In this document: positions 1 to 8,924 of the stretch, piece after piece
Position numbering within the stretch: position 1 is the first letter of the stretch
Layout: the number at the start of each line of letters is the position of its first letter
Assembly (NCBI GenBank): GCA_030390025.1
Contig: JASTWF010000364.1
Coordinates: 372,001 to 436,000 of the forward strand
Reading direction: 5' to 3'
DNA length: 64,000 nucleotides
From: Squalus acanthias
Taxonomy: Eukaryota
Notes under the pieces: generated by a model
The model's input: the letters and a program-made list of their open reading frames with translations, nothing else
What the model was told of the DNA's origin: nothing
The model's database searches: none
Made by a program: the position numbers and the translations under genes

Positions 1-1134
1 AGATTTAGAAATTCCCCACCATGTAAAGCGGAAGAAGTAATAGCCACTGCGCCCTCCGCGCCACCCAGCTATTCAGAAACCTGGGTTAGGGAGGAAGCAA
101 CGGAAGAAACAAAAGAGCCCGTTGAAAAGGAAGTAGAAAAGGGATCGTTGTATCCAGTAACGGGGATTAAAAGGGGCCCAAGCAGAAACGGTGGGGAAGA
201 ACCGGGGGATCTCCTCGGACAGCTGGTGTTGCCTCACAGTTCACATCAGCTGAGGGCCATGATAAACCACGTAAGGAAGCTGACCGAGATAGACGACCCT
301 TCCGTACATTTCAGGGAAGTTGAGCAAGCCGCAGCCATTAACGGCTGCGATGATGGGGAGACAGCAAAAATGCTGCTGTTCTCGTTAGATAGCTCGGTCC
401 TTCAGTGTCTCTCAGGCGATAGCAAGAGGGGAAACAAAAGTTATGAGGAATTGAAAAATGAGGTCCTAGAAGTAGTGGGGGCGAACGACGGAGGTCCGTT
501 TGCTAGAGTGGGACAGACAGTGCAGATGGAGGGAGAACCCCCGAAGGTTTTTGCCGACAGGCTGTGGCCAGTATATGAGCGCAGCTGTCTAGGTGCGCCC
601 GAGCGCGAAGATGTGGAAGGCGCCGCTTTAATTCATTGGCTTAGGTGCATAATAGCCAACAGTTTACCAGCCGTTAGAGAGCAGGCAAAAGCCTGGTTCG
701 ATCCCAATGACCTCAACCTTACGGAAGAGTCGGTCTTGAATCGACTCACGTTAGGTTACCGTAACATAAGGGGTATGACGACACGTCCCTTTAAGGGAAG
801 AGTACATGAGGTACGACCCGCAGCCCCGGCTCAGAGAGAGTGGCATCAGGAGGGTAATCGCGCCCCACAGGCGAGTAATGCCTGTTACGGGTGTGGGAAA
901 ACAGGGCACTGGCGCAAGCACTGCAGGAACCCTTGGAAGGATTCCAAGGATAAAAATCCCGCGGTCCGAGCCCAGGCGCCTGTCCCGCCTAAGGAAGCAA
1001 AGGCACCCACCTCTCCCGAAGACCTCGAAGCAGTGTTAGGAGTCATGCGCAAGATGGTTTTGAATGCGCGTGGACAGGTGGCGGTCGCAACCGGCCCCGT
1101 AGGTGCCGCAGGACCGTCTAATAGTGCCCCATGA
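1..1134 (+). CDS. gag: Gag polyprotein, 5'-partial (frame is open from base 1, not only from 148)
   Basis: Frame 1 reads RFRNSPPCKAEEVIATAPSAPPSYSETW... with no stop until TGA 1132-1134. PSAPPSY at 52-72; capsid-like middle; CX2CX4HX4C knuckle CYGCGKTGHWRKHC at 883-924. Confidence 0.9.
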   Translation, partial: RFRNSPPCKAEEVIATAPSAPPSYSETWVREEATEETKEPVEKEVEKGSLYPVTGIKRGPSRNGGEEPGDLLGQLVLPHSSHQLRAMINHVRKLTEIDDPSVHFREVEQAAAINGCDDGETAKMLLFSLDSSVLQCLSGDSKRGNKSYEELKNEVLEVVGANDGGPFARVGQTVQMEGEPPKVFADRLWPVYERSCLGAPEREDVEGAALIHWLRCIIANSLPAVREQAKAWFDPNDLNLTEESVLNRLTLGYRNIRGMTTRPFKGRVHEVRPAAPAQREWHQEGNRAPQASNACYGCGKTGHWRKHCRNPWKDSKDKNPAVRAQAPVPPKEAKAPTSPEDLEAVLGVMRKMVLNARGQVAVATGPVGAAGPSNSAP

Positions 1135-2316
1135 CTAGAGCCCACGCAGCCTGCCTACCTGTGTCCTTTTAAAAGACACGCACAGGAGGGGGTCTGCGGT
1201 GAGGAGGCCAGGTTAAAAGAGCAGGCCTTGCGGGAGGAGAACGCCCGCTTAATAGGAAAAATAGATGGGCTGGAAGGGCAGCTTAGAGAGCAGGCCCTGC
1301 GGGAGGAGAACGCCCGATCAATGGGAAAGTTAGACGTGCTCAGGCTAGAAGGGCAGCTTAGAGAGATAAAAGCAGCCTACAGGGTAGCCAGGAGCAGGGA
1401 GTATGAGAATTTAAAACAGGATAGAAATCTGCAGCCTCCAGCAGGTGAGATTTCACAGAAACAAGCAGAGGCGGTGGCCTGTCTTAAGGGAGGGGCCAGA
1501 CCTGCGAGTGGGGAAGCACAGCCCCAGGTAGGACCACAAGGCACACAGGCAGGCGTAGCAGCTTGCATCAGGGGAAGGGACATCCCGGACGATCATGCAG
1601 CGTTTTTCTGGAGTTGGGGGTTAGATGACGAAGAACCCAGGGTACCCTGGTCAGATGAGGATAGTGCAGATGAGCATAGTGATGATGACGGGTGGTTCCG
1701 GAGGAACGGTCTGGGAGGATTGGGGCCGATAGGTAGAGATCCACATGGGGTGGACACACAAGCTGCAGGTCCCGACAACAGGAGGGAGGAGCTAGAGGAG
1801 GCAGGGCCAGCCGCCATAGGAGCACAGGGAGTACCAATGTGGTTCCCAGAGGGGTGGCCGCCCGCTTTGAACGTCCAGTCCTCAGGGGAGGCAGAGATCA
1901 CGAGTGAAGGGCCGCCTGCTGGGCCGAGCAGGGCGGAGCCACGAAATGCCAGCCCCGAGGTTAGGGAGGCGGAGTCAGCGGAGGCGGAGCCAGCGACTGT
2001 GATGGAACCCCAGGTCATCCCGTTGGAGGTCTCGGAACCCGGTCCGTCCGTCACGGAGCCCCCGCCCATAGCAACTCCCCGTAGGTCAAGTAGAGAACCC
2101 CAGCCCAGGAGGATGTGGTCGTGTCCCCAGACTGCCCCAAGGCGTAAGTTTCAGGTTAAGATAACCCGGGTAGAGACAGGCCACATCGAAGCAGTAACAG
2201 GCTGCGGCAGATCAGAGGAAAGGGTCAGCACAGCAACAGGCTGCGGCAGATCAGAGGGAAGGGTCAGTGCCCTCCCACCGTCGGGAAGAGCTCGCAGCAG
2301 CCTTCTCAGAATTTAA
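1135..2316 (+). CDS. Unknown ORF in the pol position, in frame with gag after a single UGA (putative Gag-X readthrough extension): coiled-coil, acidic and Pro-rich; no PR/RT/RH/IN motifs
   Basis: The 31 codons from 1135 (LEPTQPAYLCPFKRHAQ...) to the track ORF at 1228 have no stop, and 1228 is TTG, not ATG. Stop context is TGA CTAG. Internal in-frame repeats: LREENAR...LEGQLRE x2 and TGCGRSExRVS x2. Confidence 0.7.
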   Translation, partial: LEPTQPAYLCPFKRHAQEGVCGEEARLKEQALREENARLIGKIDGLEGQLREQALREENARSMGKLDVLRLEGQLREIKAAYRVARSREYENLKQDRNLQPPAGEISQKQAEAVACLKGGARPASGEAQPQVGPQGTQAGVAACIRGRDIPDDHAAFFWSWGLDDEEPRVPWSDEDSADEHSDDDGWFRRNGLGGLGPIGRDPHGVDTQAAGPDNRREELEEAGPAAIGAQGVPMWFPEGWPPALNVQSSGEAEITSEGPPAGPSRAEPRNASPEVREAESAEAEPATVMEPQVIPLEVSEPGPSVTEPPPIATPRRSSREPQPRRMWSCPQTAPRRKFQVKITRVETGHIEAVTGCGRSEERVSTATGCGRSEGRVSALPPSGRARSSLLRI

Positions 2317-2604
2317 AGGGGCCGCCCTGAGAACGGGCGGCACTGTAAAGTTATTAGTTTAAGGTTAAGTTTTAAAGTTTTAGTTAAGTTTTAAGTTTAT
2401 TAGTTCAAGGCTAAGTTTGTAGTGTTTTAACAGATAACGATAAAATGATGGGAGTTTTAAGGCTAGGTTTAGAGGAAGTCTATTCAGCAAACGTTGAAGT
2501 TTACGTGAGGCGAGGTCAGGGGACCCGCTCACCCTTCACAAAAGCCAGAGACTTTTTGCGAGGCTGGCTACCTCATTCTATCTGATCACAGGAACCAAGG
2601 AAGG

Positions 2605-4956
2605 ATGGAACGACTTATAGTATTGCTCGTGGCAATCGGATGTGGATTGGCCTATCGAGGCCACACCAAGGATGTCGTGGTGTTTGGATGTTCCGGGGAC
2701 ACGGCCCCCATCGCGGTGGATGGGACCGGGAGACGGAAGGCAGAAGGGACCAGCACCTATTTCCACAAGGGAAGGTGGCCAGGATGGCTGGGAACGAACT
2801 CAACGGAGTATTCCAGCACATCGGGGTTCGCCTACAAAGAGACTTCTTTGATGTGCCCCAAAGTACGGATCATCGCACCCAGGATCAGCGTCACCGTCGG
2901 CAAACGGATTTGTTTGACCTGCAGTGGGGATGTCCCATTGAGCCGATGGTGGTGGCTGCGAAAGCTGAGCAAAACTATGAGGAACTCTTCGGTTGAGTGG
3001 GAGCGACTGGGTAATAATACCCATCGGACAATTACGGGGACAGACGGACAAGTGAAAGTCTGTTGGGACAAATGGTGGGAACCGGATGAGGGAATTTATG
3101 TTTGTATGTGGGGGTCAAAGTACGTTTGCCCCAAAGGCATCTCCATATTTTTTATTAATCAGTGGCAGGATAACGGACAGGGGATGAGGTGGGATGCGAG
3201 CACCAGGGGGTGCGGAGCCCCATACTCTCCGATCCCAGTAAATGCCACTGAGCTCATTACGCGCCCACGCAAAGCCCCGCCCACGATTCCGGTGGTTCTA
3301 ACTGAGGAAGAAGGGTGCCCTAAAGCTAGTAAGGGACCCGGGAACGGTTTGGTACTGGTCCCCACAGACCAGATACTATTTCAGGGGGTACATTACGCGG
3401 TGGCCTCGGTGATTTTAAATCTCACTGAGGTACGGTTACCAGAGTGGTGCCCCAAAAAGACGGAACAGTTGTACCAGGTCCTGTTGACCAAGATGTTCAG
3501 GCAATTTTACGAGTTTGATTTTGCAGAAATTGATAAGACAAGTTTATACACCGCACCGCAGGAAGTTTTGGACCAAGTAGGGAGGCAAAGAAGGGGTTTG
3601 GTGAACGATGCGTTCACTGCTTTTAACACAGGGACATCTGTGGTCAACGCTCTAGACAGTGTGGAGCTGCAGACCCAGATTAATGGTTTAAAAACACAGT
3701 TAAAAGACATTCTAACAGATGAGAATAAAGTGGTAGGGTCAGGTCTGCATGAGGACCAAGCCATGACTCTCCAATTAAAGGAGATTATAGCAGAGCTGGA
3801 GAAACATGCGCGTACGGTAAATGCCCTGATCAGGGAAGATCGGAATGCATCCGATCAAGCTGCGCAGAACGAGGTGTGCGTGCTTTACGGGGCGTGGTTA
3901 CTGGGCGAGGGCCGCAGTAATTTGGAGGATTTAAAACAAGGTTTGGTTCCGTCCTGGATAAGTAACAAACACCTGCGGGCGCTCCACCCTTTTCAGAACG
4001 CATTAAGTCCGTGCCAGCTCAGGCTAGCTTCAGAAGCTTACCCAGTCCCCGTGGACTGCGGACGTTCAAACCATACTATTATGGGAATAGTATTACGCAT
4101 GCCGGTTTTGGGCGACACAGCAAAGCCCGCCCCGGTGTATCGGGTAGAGAACATTGGTGTCATTCAGGGGGGAGCCCACATTCGTTATGCAGCGGTTCCA
4201 CCTTACGTCATCCGCTGGGAGCAAACGATGACAGGTACAGATCTCTCTGGTTGTCGTGGCAGGGGAGCACACATAATACTGTGCCCCCAGCACTTGAATG
4301 CCTTTTTAACACCACAGTGCGGGTTCAGAACGGCTGGCGCCAAGTCCATGAATTGCACCATGGAGGCAATGGCACAAGATCATGTGCCTCCGCAGGTAGC
4401 ATACATCGGGGGTGGAACATATTGTGTTACCACTGCAGCGCAACACTACCAGCATGGAAACCGTAGCCGGTGTCCGGTGAGTGACAGCAGTTTCTGTTTT
4501 AAACCCAGGGCTGAAGTTCAAGTAGCACAACAGCGAATTATCCCAATCCCTGAACCATCCACTGTTCATCTCACAGTAAAAGAGAATTTCACCGACTTGC
4601 AGCGATTTGTCGCGCATTTTGGATACCTCATTCCCCCTCTCCCTGAGCATTTAACCAAACTTCTGAAAGCCGTCGCGGTGTCACAAAAGCATTTTTATAC
4701 ATTAGAACAGAAAACCGTCGAGATAGGTACAGACATTTTGGACATAGTGGTTCCACCGTGGTGGAATCTGTTCACGAATATTGAAGTGCCCTCATGGGTC
4801 AGAATAGCCTCCCACATTTTAGTCGTCTGTCAAGTGTTTATTGTAGTGTACCTATTGTTCATACATTGTAAAAGAGACAAGCGCCTCACCAAGCATGAGA
4901 ACACGGGAGAGTGGCGAGAACGTTACGTGCGCGTGCACGATGAGAGCGCAGTGTAA
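2605..4956 (+). CDS. env: Intact envelope glycoprotein (783 aa): signal peptide, Ig-like domain, furin site, fusion peptide/heptad region, Cys-rich ectodomain, TM anchor
   Basis: Hydrophobic N-terminus MERLIVLLVAIGCGLA. Ig-like pattern VTVGKRICLTC...W...DEGIYVC. RQRR|GLVNDAFTAFNTG at 3583-3594; heptads ELQTQINGLKTQLKDIL; TM IASHILVVCQVFIVVYLLFIHC; several NxS/T sequons. Candidate splice acceptor ...CACAG ending at 2591. Confidence 0.88.
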   Translation: MERLIVLLVAIGCGLAYRGHTKDVVVFGCSGDTAPIAVDGTGRRKAEGTSTYFHKGRWPGWLGTNSTEYSSTSGFAYKETSLMCPKVRIIAPRISVTVGKRICLTCSGDVPLSRWWWLRKLSKTMRNSSVEWERLGNNTHRTITGTDGQVKVCWDKWWEPDEGIYVCMWGSKYVCPKGISIFFINQWQDNGQGMRWDASTRGCGAPYSPIPVNATELITRPRKAPPTIPVVLTEEEGCPKASKGPGNGLVLVPTDQILFQGVHYAVASVILNLTEVRLPEWCPKKTEQLYQVLLTKMFRQFYEFDFAEIDKTSLYTAPQEVLDQVGRQRRGLVNDAFTAFNTGTSVVNALDSVELQTQINGLKTQLKDILTDENKVVGSGLHEDQAMTLQLKEIIAELEKHARTVNALIREDRNASDQAAQNEVCVLYGAWLLGEGRSNLEDLKQGLVPSWISNKHLRALHPFQNALSPCQLRLASEAYPVPVDCGRSNHTIMGIVLRMPVLGDTAKPAPVYRVENIGVIQGGAHIRYAAVPPYVIRWEQTMTGTDLSGCRGRGAHIILCPQHLNAFLTPQCGFRTAGAKSMNCTMEAMAQDHVPPQVAYIGGGTYCVTTAAQHYQHGNRSRCPVSDSSFCFKPRAEVQVAQQRIIPIPEPSTVHLTVKENFTDLQRFVAHFGYLIPPLPEHLTKLLKAVAVSQKHFYTLEQKTVEIGTDILDIVVPPWWNLFTNIEVPSWVRIASHILVVCQVFIVVYLLFIHCKRDKRLTKHENTGEWRERYVRVHDESAV

Positions 4957-5359
4957 TGGGAAAATGGCGTCACTCCCGCTCGCCACGGAAGTTTGTACTC
5001 ATTGTAAATACGTTGGAAACTCGATATGTTTAAGAGTTGGGATTTGTTTACTTTGGTGATGGTGTTGATTGTTTGGTTTTGGGTTTTGTTTTTTTTCCTT
5101 TCCCTGAATAAAAGACAAATATACAGGTGATGCGTGAGGTATCGGCCTGGTTACGCCGGAAAGGAAAACAAGTGGTGTAAGTTTAAGGGCAAATGATGCC
5201 TACGGTGATTTAAAATGTGATTTTCTTGGGAAATAAGGACGACACAGAGACCCTAGTCAAGTTAAAATTTATGGGATTAATTTACTGGATTCGGAGTGAA
5301 ATCGAGATAAGATTGCTCACCACTGAGTTTTTGATACGATAAGCGGAGTTATTCGCATC

Positions 5360-5370
5360 AACAGGAGGGA
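5360..5370 (+). other. Polypurine tract of provirus A
   Basis: AACAGGAGGGA, one base (C) upstream of the TG that starts the LTR. Confidence 0.75.
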
Positions 5371-5371
5371 C

Positions 5372-7033
5372 TGTAGAATTCACAATTATCACGATTTGAT
5401 TAATAAGGAGAAAACACAAAGTTTCGTTCAAACAGCTTTTATTTCAGCAGAATGCTGTCAGGTTTAAATTGGACACAAGCAGCCTGTAAAATGGCCGCCG
5501 CACCTCGTGACAGAACATTCTAGACTTTTCAACAGGCAGACAAGATGGCGTTCCATTAAACATTCTTGCAAGATCGATAACGATTCAGCACAGTGAAGAT
5601 AATACACGAGACATTATGGGTTCACAGTATAAACATCGATACTGGAATCGGTCTCCCAGGTACAAAGGAAAGCCATTGTACCGAGTACTTAAGGGCCCAT
5701 CCAAAGGACATTAATATGTAAACTCCCAACGGCTCTACGATGAGAGAGCCGTTAGCAGGTAGTTATACAGGACACTTGGAAGCCCCAAACCCCTCCAGGG
5801 AGAACACCGACCGATTTAACAATGGGAGAAGTATTAACAGGTACTCAAACATTCATGAGTAGCCCCGAAACCCATTAAGAACGGAGATCACCCATACAGG
5901 ACATTTGGGCGCCAAACCTTAAACAAAAGAATGGACATTATAGTTGGGCGGGAAACGGAAGAATTGTGCACTATAATTGCAGGCCCAAAACCGTCCATTC
6001 GCTCTCTTGCTCTTGACTCTTGCCTCTTGTTCGTGCTCCTGCATTCGTGGTTGCTCCTGTGTTTTATCCGGTCGATTCGTAACCTCGTGGCTGCTCCTGT
6101 GTAAAAGACTGTTGAACTTTCTGATCCGTTCGGATCTACCTCGTGTCGCGTAAAGAAGACCTATGTTGGTAGCTGGCAGCGGAACCAAAGGCCCGAGATG
6201 AGATGAGATGAGATGAGATGAGAGGAGAAGAGAAGAAGACCTTATCCATCGCCACGGTCAGTAAATCCCGACCGCGCCTGTAGGTCGATCAGCCAAGTCT
6301 TCTCGACAGGAAGTTTTCTTCTTTAACAAGACATATTGCATCGATGATAACTGGACTGTGCAAACACATCGTATCAGTGATATTGACAACGGTGCTCCAC
6401 CATACTTTGAAGCCAACCAACAGAGGTCTTCACTACAGCGGACAGTCCAGCCGACTGACCGAGCAGCAGAAGCAGTAAACAAGTGGGACCAGGAGATCTC
6501 CTGACCAACACGTGGGTGCTGCGGTGAAAAACATCCGATCAGCTATTCGGGATTTCTCCGAGTTATTACGAGTGGTGAGCATGAGTCTCGAGGTCCTACG
6601 AAGCTAGTTTTAGGATAGATGTTGATAGGGGAGGGTTTAAAGATTAAGGATATTTGTAATGTGTGCCCTATTTACGTTGTGCTGGTCGTTCCTCGTTTCC
6701 CTAAGAGTGATTATAACCGTTTGTAAGATTGTACTGTCATTAATCTGTGCGTATGACATGTATTTCATAATTTTAAGTATCATGCAATAAAGATTTTCCA
6801 TTTCGTACCATTCAAACCAAGTCTACATGAGTTTTATCTCCATTACTGCTCTCGCATCTAAGTCCAGTGTCTAGAACCGTAAGGGAGAGTGATTCGAACC
6901 ACTCACAGGGGTGTCTAGTGTTCCCAGACTGGCTGGAGACCAGGCCTAGACCCGCACTGACATACAGGCTGCACAGAGCCGCGTGAATCTCACAGGCTAC
7001 GAGACACGCAGGGTCAGGAGAGAATCCCTTACA
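5372..7033 (+). repeat. 3' LTR of provirus A (family LTR-A, 1662 bp)
   Basis: TGTAGAATTC...CCTTACA. Boundaries defined by the homologous copies at 8925-10572 and 37506-39037. Internal (GAGAT)n run. Confidence 0.95.
5488..6791 (+). promoter_or_regulatory. LTR-A cis-elements: YY1-like motifs, GC box, TATA-like box, polyadenylation signal
   Basis: AAAATGGCCGCC at 5488-5499 and CAAGATGGCG at 5541-5550; GGGCGGG at ~5946; ACTATAATTGCAG at 5970-5982; AATAAA at 6786-6791. All are retained in the three LTR-A copies. Confidence 0.55.
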
Positions 7034-7270
7034 TTAGACATCGTCTACCTGGACTTTCAGCAAGCAGGGACCTCATAAGAGGCTTCTCTAGAAGATAATC
7101 TTCTGGAATTAATGGTGATCTGCTGCAGTGGATTGAAAATTAGCTCAATGCCTCCAGGCAGAAAGCGGATGTCAATGGATTTGGATCTGCTTAAAGAGCG
7201 GTCACCAATGGTGTCCCACAGGGATGGGTCAGTGCTGGGACCTTTCCTCTTTACTGGTAAACGTGCGTTG
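7034..7270 (+). mobile_element. Degenerate CR1-type LINE RT fragment (integration target of provirus A)
   Basis: GACATCGTCTACCTGGACTTTCAG (DIVYLDFQ) and GTCCCACAGG...TCAGTGCTGGGACC ([14 protein letters not shown]). Confidence 0.7.
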
Positions 7271-7689
7271 TTCACTTGAGTAGGATCATCAGTCGATGGT
7301 TGTGGTCATGAAAACTTGATTCTTACTTCAGCACAAAAAGCAATTTCCAAGCGGAGTGCCAGCAGACAGCACAATTAACGCAAGGTATGCGCTCTTCTCC
7401 TTGGACTGACAAACTTCGAACAAAAGCTTCTCCTTAGCAAGTTGGAGTTTTTTCCTTTTCTCCTGATTATATGGCAATGTGCAATAAAATAATCTCTTGC
7501 TTAATTTTGAATACTTCAGTACATCAGCAACTTTGGCGTTGTAACAGTTACAGTCTGAACATTCTATTGGTCAACCTCGCCACATTAACTGACTGCATTA
7601 TTTTTATTTTGCTGCTAATCTTTAACGCTCTCTCCATCTTTTGTATCAACATTTACTCTGTGTTTTAATAAACGAGTAAGAGTTTGGGA

Positions 7690-8160
7690 ATTGATCTGGT
7701 CTCGTGCACTCGTCACCGCCTTTCCGCTGGGTTCATGGACACAGGCGTCACCAATAGCTCGCCCTTGTCCCCCAGTAACCATCCTTGGACTTGCTGCTCT
7801 CGGTCAAACAGTGGTTGTGGGGGAGGAGGGGGGGCGGGGGGGGAATGTTGGTGTGACGCAGGATGAACACATCACAGCTGATTCCAGAGTGCCATGCACA
7901 CAGCTGCCTGATTCTTCGATGGTTACCTGCCAGCTCCACATCGAGTCAAACCCCTTCCTGCTCAAAGATCAGGCTCATGTGGTGGAGCCTTAAATCGCCC
8001 CATGGGAGCAGCCAATAGGAGCCTGGACTTGTGGGAACCCGGCAATTGCGACAAACCCCACTGCTGCATCATGTTGAACAGCAGCGTCCTTGGGGAACTT
8101 GATGTGCTGGTTTGCCCCATCGGTCACCTGCTTTAAGCATGGTGGCACTGGCCACTAACA
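7690..8160 (-). pseudogene. Decayed PIF/Harbinger transposase fragment
   Basis: Minus strand reads GFVAIAGFPQVQAPIGCSH (compare GFxxIAGFPxVQGAIDCTH) and a later DVFILRHTNIP segment. Confidence 0.65.
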
Positions 8161-8433
8161 GTAGACACAAGAGGGGAAAAATTCAGTTGCTTAGCGCCTC
8201 CCATTGGCACTAATGGGGCGCAACACAACTAGCGACCGGGCGCGGCGATGTTTGCGCCGCTCGCGAAATTGACCAGAGTTTTTGCGGCGGAGCTAAACTC
8301 TACTGCCCTGATCTCCTGCGCCCACGGATCATGATGTCAGTCGAGCGTCCTTGGGGAACTTGATGTGCTGGTTTGCCTCATTGGTCACCTGCTTTAAGCA
8401 TGGTGGCACTGGCCACTGACAGTAGACACAAGA
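8083..8433. repeat. 90-bp direct repeat flanking a 171-bp Harbinger left-end fragment
   Basis: 8083-8172 is near-identical to 8344-8433. The insert starts GGGGAAAAATTCAGTTGCTTAGCGCC, like the Harbinger TIR at 31994. Confidence 0.85.
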
Positions 8434-8924
8434 ACACAAGAACTTTTAGGAACAGGAAGAGGCAATTAGCCCAACACATTGTAGACAGCCCACCCTATCC
8501 CTCAACTGATCGTCATCCCACTAGTGCATGCCAACTACTTTGACCTGATGTACTGTCTGCCTCAATGGCCTTTCCCGGTATCTTATTCCCCATTATCCTG
8601 AGCTGCCCAGCTCCTTGACATTCCTTGTGACAACCTACAAGAGAATTCGATTCTTGAGTCGAGTTGGAAGCATCGGAGAAACTGGTCAGACCTATTCCAC
8701 CAAATGCAGGATTGGTTTGTATTGGATTGGGAATGTGCAGCTTTTCCATGGAGGGGATTGATGAAGCTGATGTGGCAGCAAGGGGCTGGGGGACTTCCCG
8801 AGATGATGTGCTCAGTGGGGAAGTACAGCTGCATCGATCGGCTTGCTGAGTCAGTTACAGAGGAAAGCTCAGCTCGAGGACCAACTAACCATCCTGCACA
8901 AAGGAAGAGATCGATGCAAGATAT

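Larger units (their letters stand above)
1..7033 (+). mobile_element. Endogenous retrovirus-like provirus A (lokiretrovirus-like), pol-less: gag - readthrough ORF - env - PPT - 3' LTR; 5' end lies upstream of the window
   Basis: Gag with CCHC knuckle, env-like glycoprotein, purine tract and a TG...CA LTR in retroviral order. The 3' flank (TTAGACATCG...) resumes a CR1 fragment that is uninterrupted at 41910. Confidence 0.9.

Noticed and set aside
4964..5060. Small Cys-rich ORF after env (MASLPLATEVCTHCKY...)
   Set aside because: About 31 codons with no supporting homolog in the window; expected by chance.
5919..6482. Short antisense ORFs in LTR-A as accessory genes
   Set aside because: Non-ATG or weak starts, no motifs, and not preserved in all three LTR copies (deletion in the 37506 copy).
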